Shown here: piece after piece, positions 61,551 to 64,000 of the stretch | Layout of the letters: each line of letters opens with the position of its first letter | Numbering within the stretch: the stretch's first letter is position 1 | Assembly: GCA_964016885.1 (NCBI GenBank) | Contig: OZ024744.1 | Coordinates: 5,084,001 to 5,148,000, forward strand | DNA from: Eledone cirrhosa | Lineage: Eukaryota | Direction: 5' to 3' | DNA: 64,000 nucleotides | The notes under the pieces: model-generated | What the model was told of the DNA's origin: nothing | Seen by the model: only the letters and a program-made list of their open reading frames with translations | Database searches by the model: none | Program-made: the position numbers and the translations under genes

Positions 61551-64000
61551 GCAGAGGTCTATCTTGGTAGTCAGTGGTGTTGGTAGCAGAGGTCTATCTT
61601 GGTAGACAGTGGTGTTGGTAGCAGAGGTCTATCTTGGTAGACAGTGGTGTTGGTAGCAGAGGTCTATGTTGGTAGAAAGTGAGGTTGGTAGCAGAGGTCT
61701 ATGTTGGTAGACAGTGGTGTTGGTAGCAGAGGTCTATCTTGGTAGACAGTGGTGTTGGTAGCAGAGGTCTATCTTGGTAGACAGTGGTGTTGGAAGCAGA
61801 GGTCTATCTTGGTAGACAGTGGTGTTGGTAGCAGAGGTCTATCTTGGTTGACAGTGGTATTGGTAGCAGAGGTCTATCTTAGTAGACAGTGGTGTTGGTA
61901 ACAGAGGTCTATCTTGGTAGACAGTGGTGTTGGTAGCAGAGGTATATCTTGGTAGACAGTGGTGTTGGTAGCAGAATCTATCTTGGTAGACAGTGGTGTT
62001 AGTCGCAGAGGTCTATCTTGGTAGACAGTGAGGTTGGTAGCAGAGGTCTATCTTGGTAGACAGTGGTGTTGGTAGCAGAGGTCTATCTTGGTAGACAGTG
62101 ATGTTGGTAGAAGAGGTCTATGTTGGTAGAAAGTGAGGTTGGTAGCAGAGGTCTATCTTGGTAGACAGTGGTGTTGGTAGCAGAGGTTTATATTGGTAGA
62201 CAGTGGTGTTGGTAGCAGAGGTTTATCTTGGTAGACATTGAGGTTGGTAGCAGAGGTCTATCTTGGTAGACAGTGGTGTTGGTAGCAGAGGTCTATGTTG
62301 GTAGACAGTGGTGTTGGTAGCAGAAGTCTATCTTGGTAGACAGTGGTGTTGGTAGCAGAGGTCTATATTGGTAGACAGTGGTGTTGGTAGCAGAGGTCTA
62401 TCTTGGTAGACAGTGAGGTTGGTAGCAGAGGTCTATCTTCGTAGACAGTGAGGTTGGTAGCAGAGGTCTATCTTGGTAGACAGTGGTGTTGGTAGCAGAG
62501 GTCTATGTTGGTAGACAGTGAGGTTGGTAGCAGAGGTCTATCTTGGTAGACAGTGAAGTTGGTAGCAGAGGTCTATCTTGGTAGACAGTGAGGGTGGTAG
62601 CAGAGGTCTATCTTGGTAGACAGTGGTGTTCGTAGCAGAGGTCTATCTTGGTAGACAGTGGTGTTGGTAGCAGAGGTCTATCTTGGTAGACAGTGAGGTT
62701 GGTAGCAGAGGTCTATCTTGGTAGACAGTGGTGTTGGTAGCAGAGGTCTATCTTGGTAGACAGTGGGGTGGGTAGCAGAGGTCTATCTTGGTAGACAGTG
62801 GTGTTGGTAGCAGAGGTCTATCTTGGTAGACAGTGGTGTTGGTAGCAGAGGTCTATGTTGGTAGACAGTGGTGTTGGTAGCAGAGGTTAATCTTGGTAGA
62901 CAGTGGTGTTGGTAGCAGAGGTCTATCTTGGTAGACAGTGGTGTTGGTAGCAGAGATCTATCTTGGTAGACAGTAGTGTTGGTAGCAGAGGTCTATGTTG
63001 GTAGACAGTGGTGTTTGTAGCAGAGGTCTATGTTGGTAGACAGTGGTGTTGGAAGCAGAGGTCTATCTTAGTAGACAGTGGTGTTGGTACATAGGTCTAT
63101 GTTGGTAGACAGTGGTGTTGGTAGCAGAGGTCTATATTGGTAGACAGTGAGGTTGGTAGCAGAGGTCTATCTTGGTAGACAGTGAGGTTGGTAGCAGAGC
63201 TCTATCTTGGTAGAAAGTGGTGTTGGTAGCAGAGGTATATCTTGGTAGGCAGTGGTGTTGGTAGCAGAGCTCTATCTTGGTAGACAGTGGTGTTGGTAGC
63301 AGAGGTCTTTCTTGGTAGACAGTGGTGTTGCTAGCAGTGGTCTATGTTGATAGAAAGTGAGGTTGGTAGCTGAGGTCTATGTTGGTAGACAGTGGTGTTG
63401 GTAGCAGAAGTCTATCTTGGTAGACAGTGAGGTTGGTAGCAGAGGTCTATCTTGGTAGACAGTGGTGTTGGTAGCAGAGGTCTATCTTGGTAGACAGTGG
63501 TGTTGGTAGCAGAGGTCTATCTTGGTAGACAGTGGTGTTGGTAGCAGAGGTCTATCTTGGTAGACAGTGGTGTTGGTAGCAGAGGTCTATCTTGGTAGAC
63601 AGTGGTGTTGCTAGCAGAGGTCTATCTTGGTAGACAGTGGTGTTGGTAGCAAAGGTCTATGTTGATAGACAGTGAGGTTGGTAGCAGAGGTCTATCTTGG
63701 TAGACAGTGAGGGTGCTTGCAGAGGTCTATGTTGGTAGACAGTGGTGTTGGTAGCAGAGGTCTATCTTGGTAGACAGTGAGGTTGGTATCAGAGGTCTAT
63801 CTTGGTAGACAGTGAGGTTGGTAGCAGAGGTCTATGTTGGTAGACAGTGGTGTTGGTAGCATAGGTCTATCTTGGTAGACAGTGGTGTTGGTAGCAGAGG
63901 TCTATGCTGGTAGACAGTGGTGTTGGTAGTAGAGGTCTATCTTGCTAGACAGTGGTGTTGGTAGCAGATGTCTATCTTGGTAGACAGTGGTGTTGGTAGC
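59460..64000. repeat. ~2.3-kb near-tandem duplication (~59460-61550 recurs from ~61770)
   Basis: TTAGTCGCAG at 59691/61999 and GGGGTGGGTAG at 60457/62765 give offset 2308. GAGGGTGCTTGC at 61506/63709 gives 2203 after loss of 3 monomers near 63230. Confidence 0.88.

Larger units (their letters stand above)
1..64000. repeat. Tandem satellite array, 35-bp monomer (consensus ATCTTGGTAGACAGTGGTGTTGGTAGCAGAGGTCT), about 1830 copies, single orientation, truncated by both window edges
   Basis: Monomer starts recur at 1, 36, 71 and so on to 63974. Most monomers differ from consensus by 0-2 bases. Consensus composition is A7 C4 G13 T11 (49% GC) with no CpG. 63973 bp plus the 42 deleted bases I counted equals exactly 1829x35. 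Confidence 0.99.

Noticed and set aside
1-64000. CRISPR array (35-bp repeat with a weak dyad)
   Set aside because: Repeats abut directly with no unique spacers, and there is no leader or cas gene.
1-64000. Telomerase-synthesised telomeric repeat (G/T-rich strand)
   Set aside because: There is no canonical TTAGGG/TTAGG-type unit. Variants are inherited in multi-kb blocks, which indicates DNA duplication rather than templated re-synthesis. A subtelomeric location is not excluded.
1-64000. Giant repetitive-protein exon (mucin or adhesin type)
   Set aside because: The period is not a multiple of 3, the + strand has two TAGs per monomer and the - strand one, and 1-bp deletions are tolerated.
1-64000. 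Variant pattern as an encoded message, or as a diversity-generating or antigenic-variation cassette store
   Set aside because: The patterns are accounted for by point mutation plus block duplication. No expression site, recombinase or reverse transcriptase is present in the window.
1-64000. Rolling-circle or sequencing concatemer artefact of a single 35-mer
   Set aside because: Specific multi-base variants recur in the same order across distant blocks with nested lineages, which random read error on one template would not produce.

Overview
The whole 64-kb window is one uninterrupted head-to-tail tandem (satellite/minisatellite-type) array of a 35-bp monomer, consensus ATCTTGGTAGACAGTGGTGTTGGTAGCAGAGGTCT. 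It has about 1830 copies, all in one orientation, and runs past both window edges. I see no unique sequence, credible gene, RNA gene, transposon or CRISPR spacer; the three 91-aa ORFs are chance read-throughs of the repeat. All real structure is internal to the array. The monomer is a diverged 16+19-bp dimer with a GTCTA-N6-TAGAC dyad and strong G/T strand skew. Rare variant monomers act as barcodes that expose nested in-register duplications from 140 bp to tens of kb (offsets of about 2.2-2.3, 5.2, 5.9, 7.9, 28.2, 33.3, 38.5 and 40.3 kb), not a single regular higher-order repeat. Length variants appear to be deletions only. I cannot name the organism or satellite family, and I found no evidence for a new gene-based system. 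Block boundaries were read by eye and are approximate to within a few monomers.
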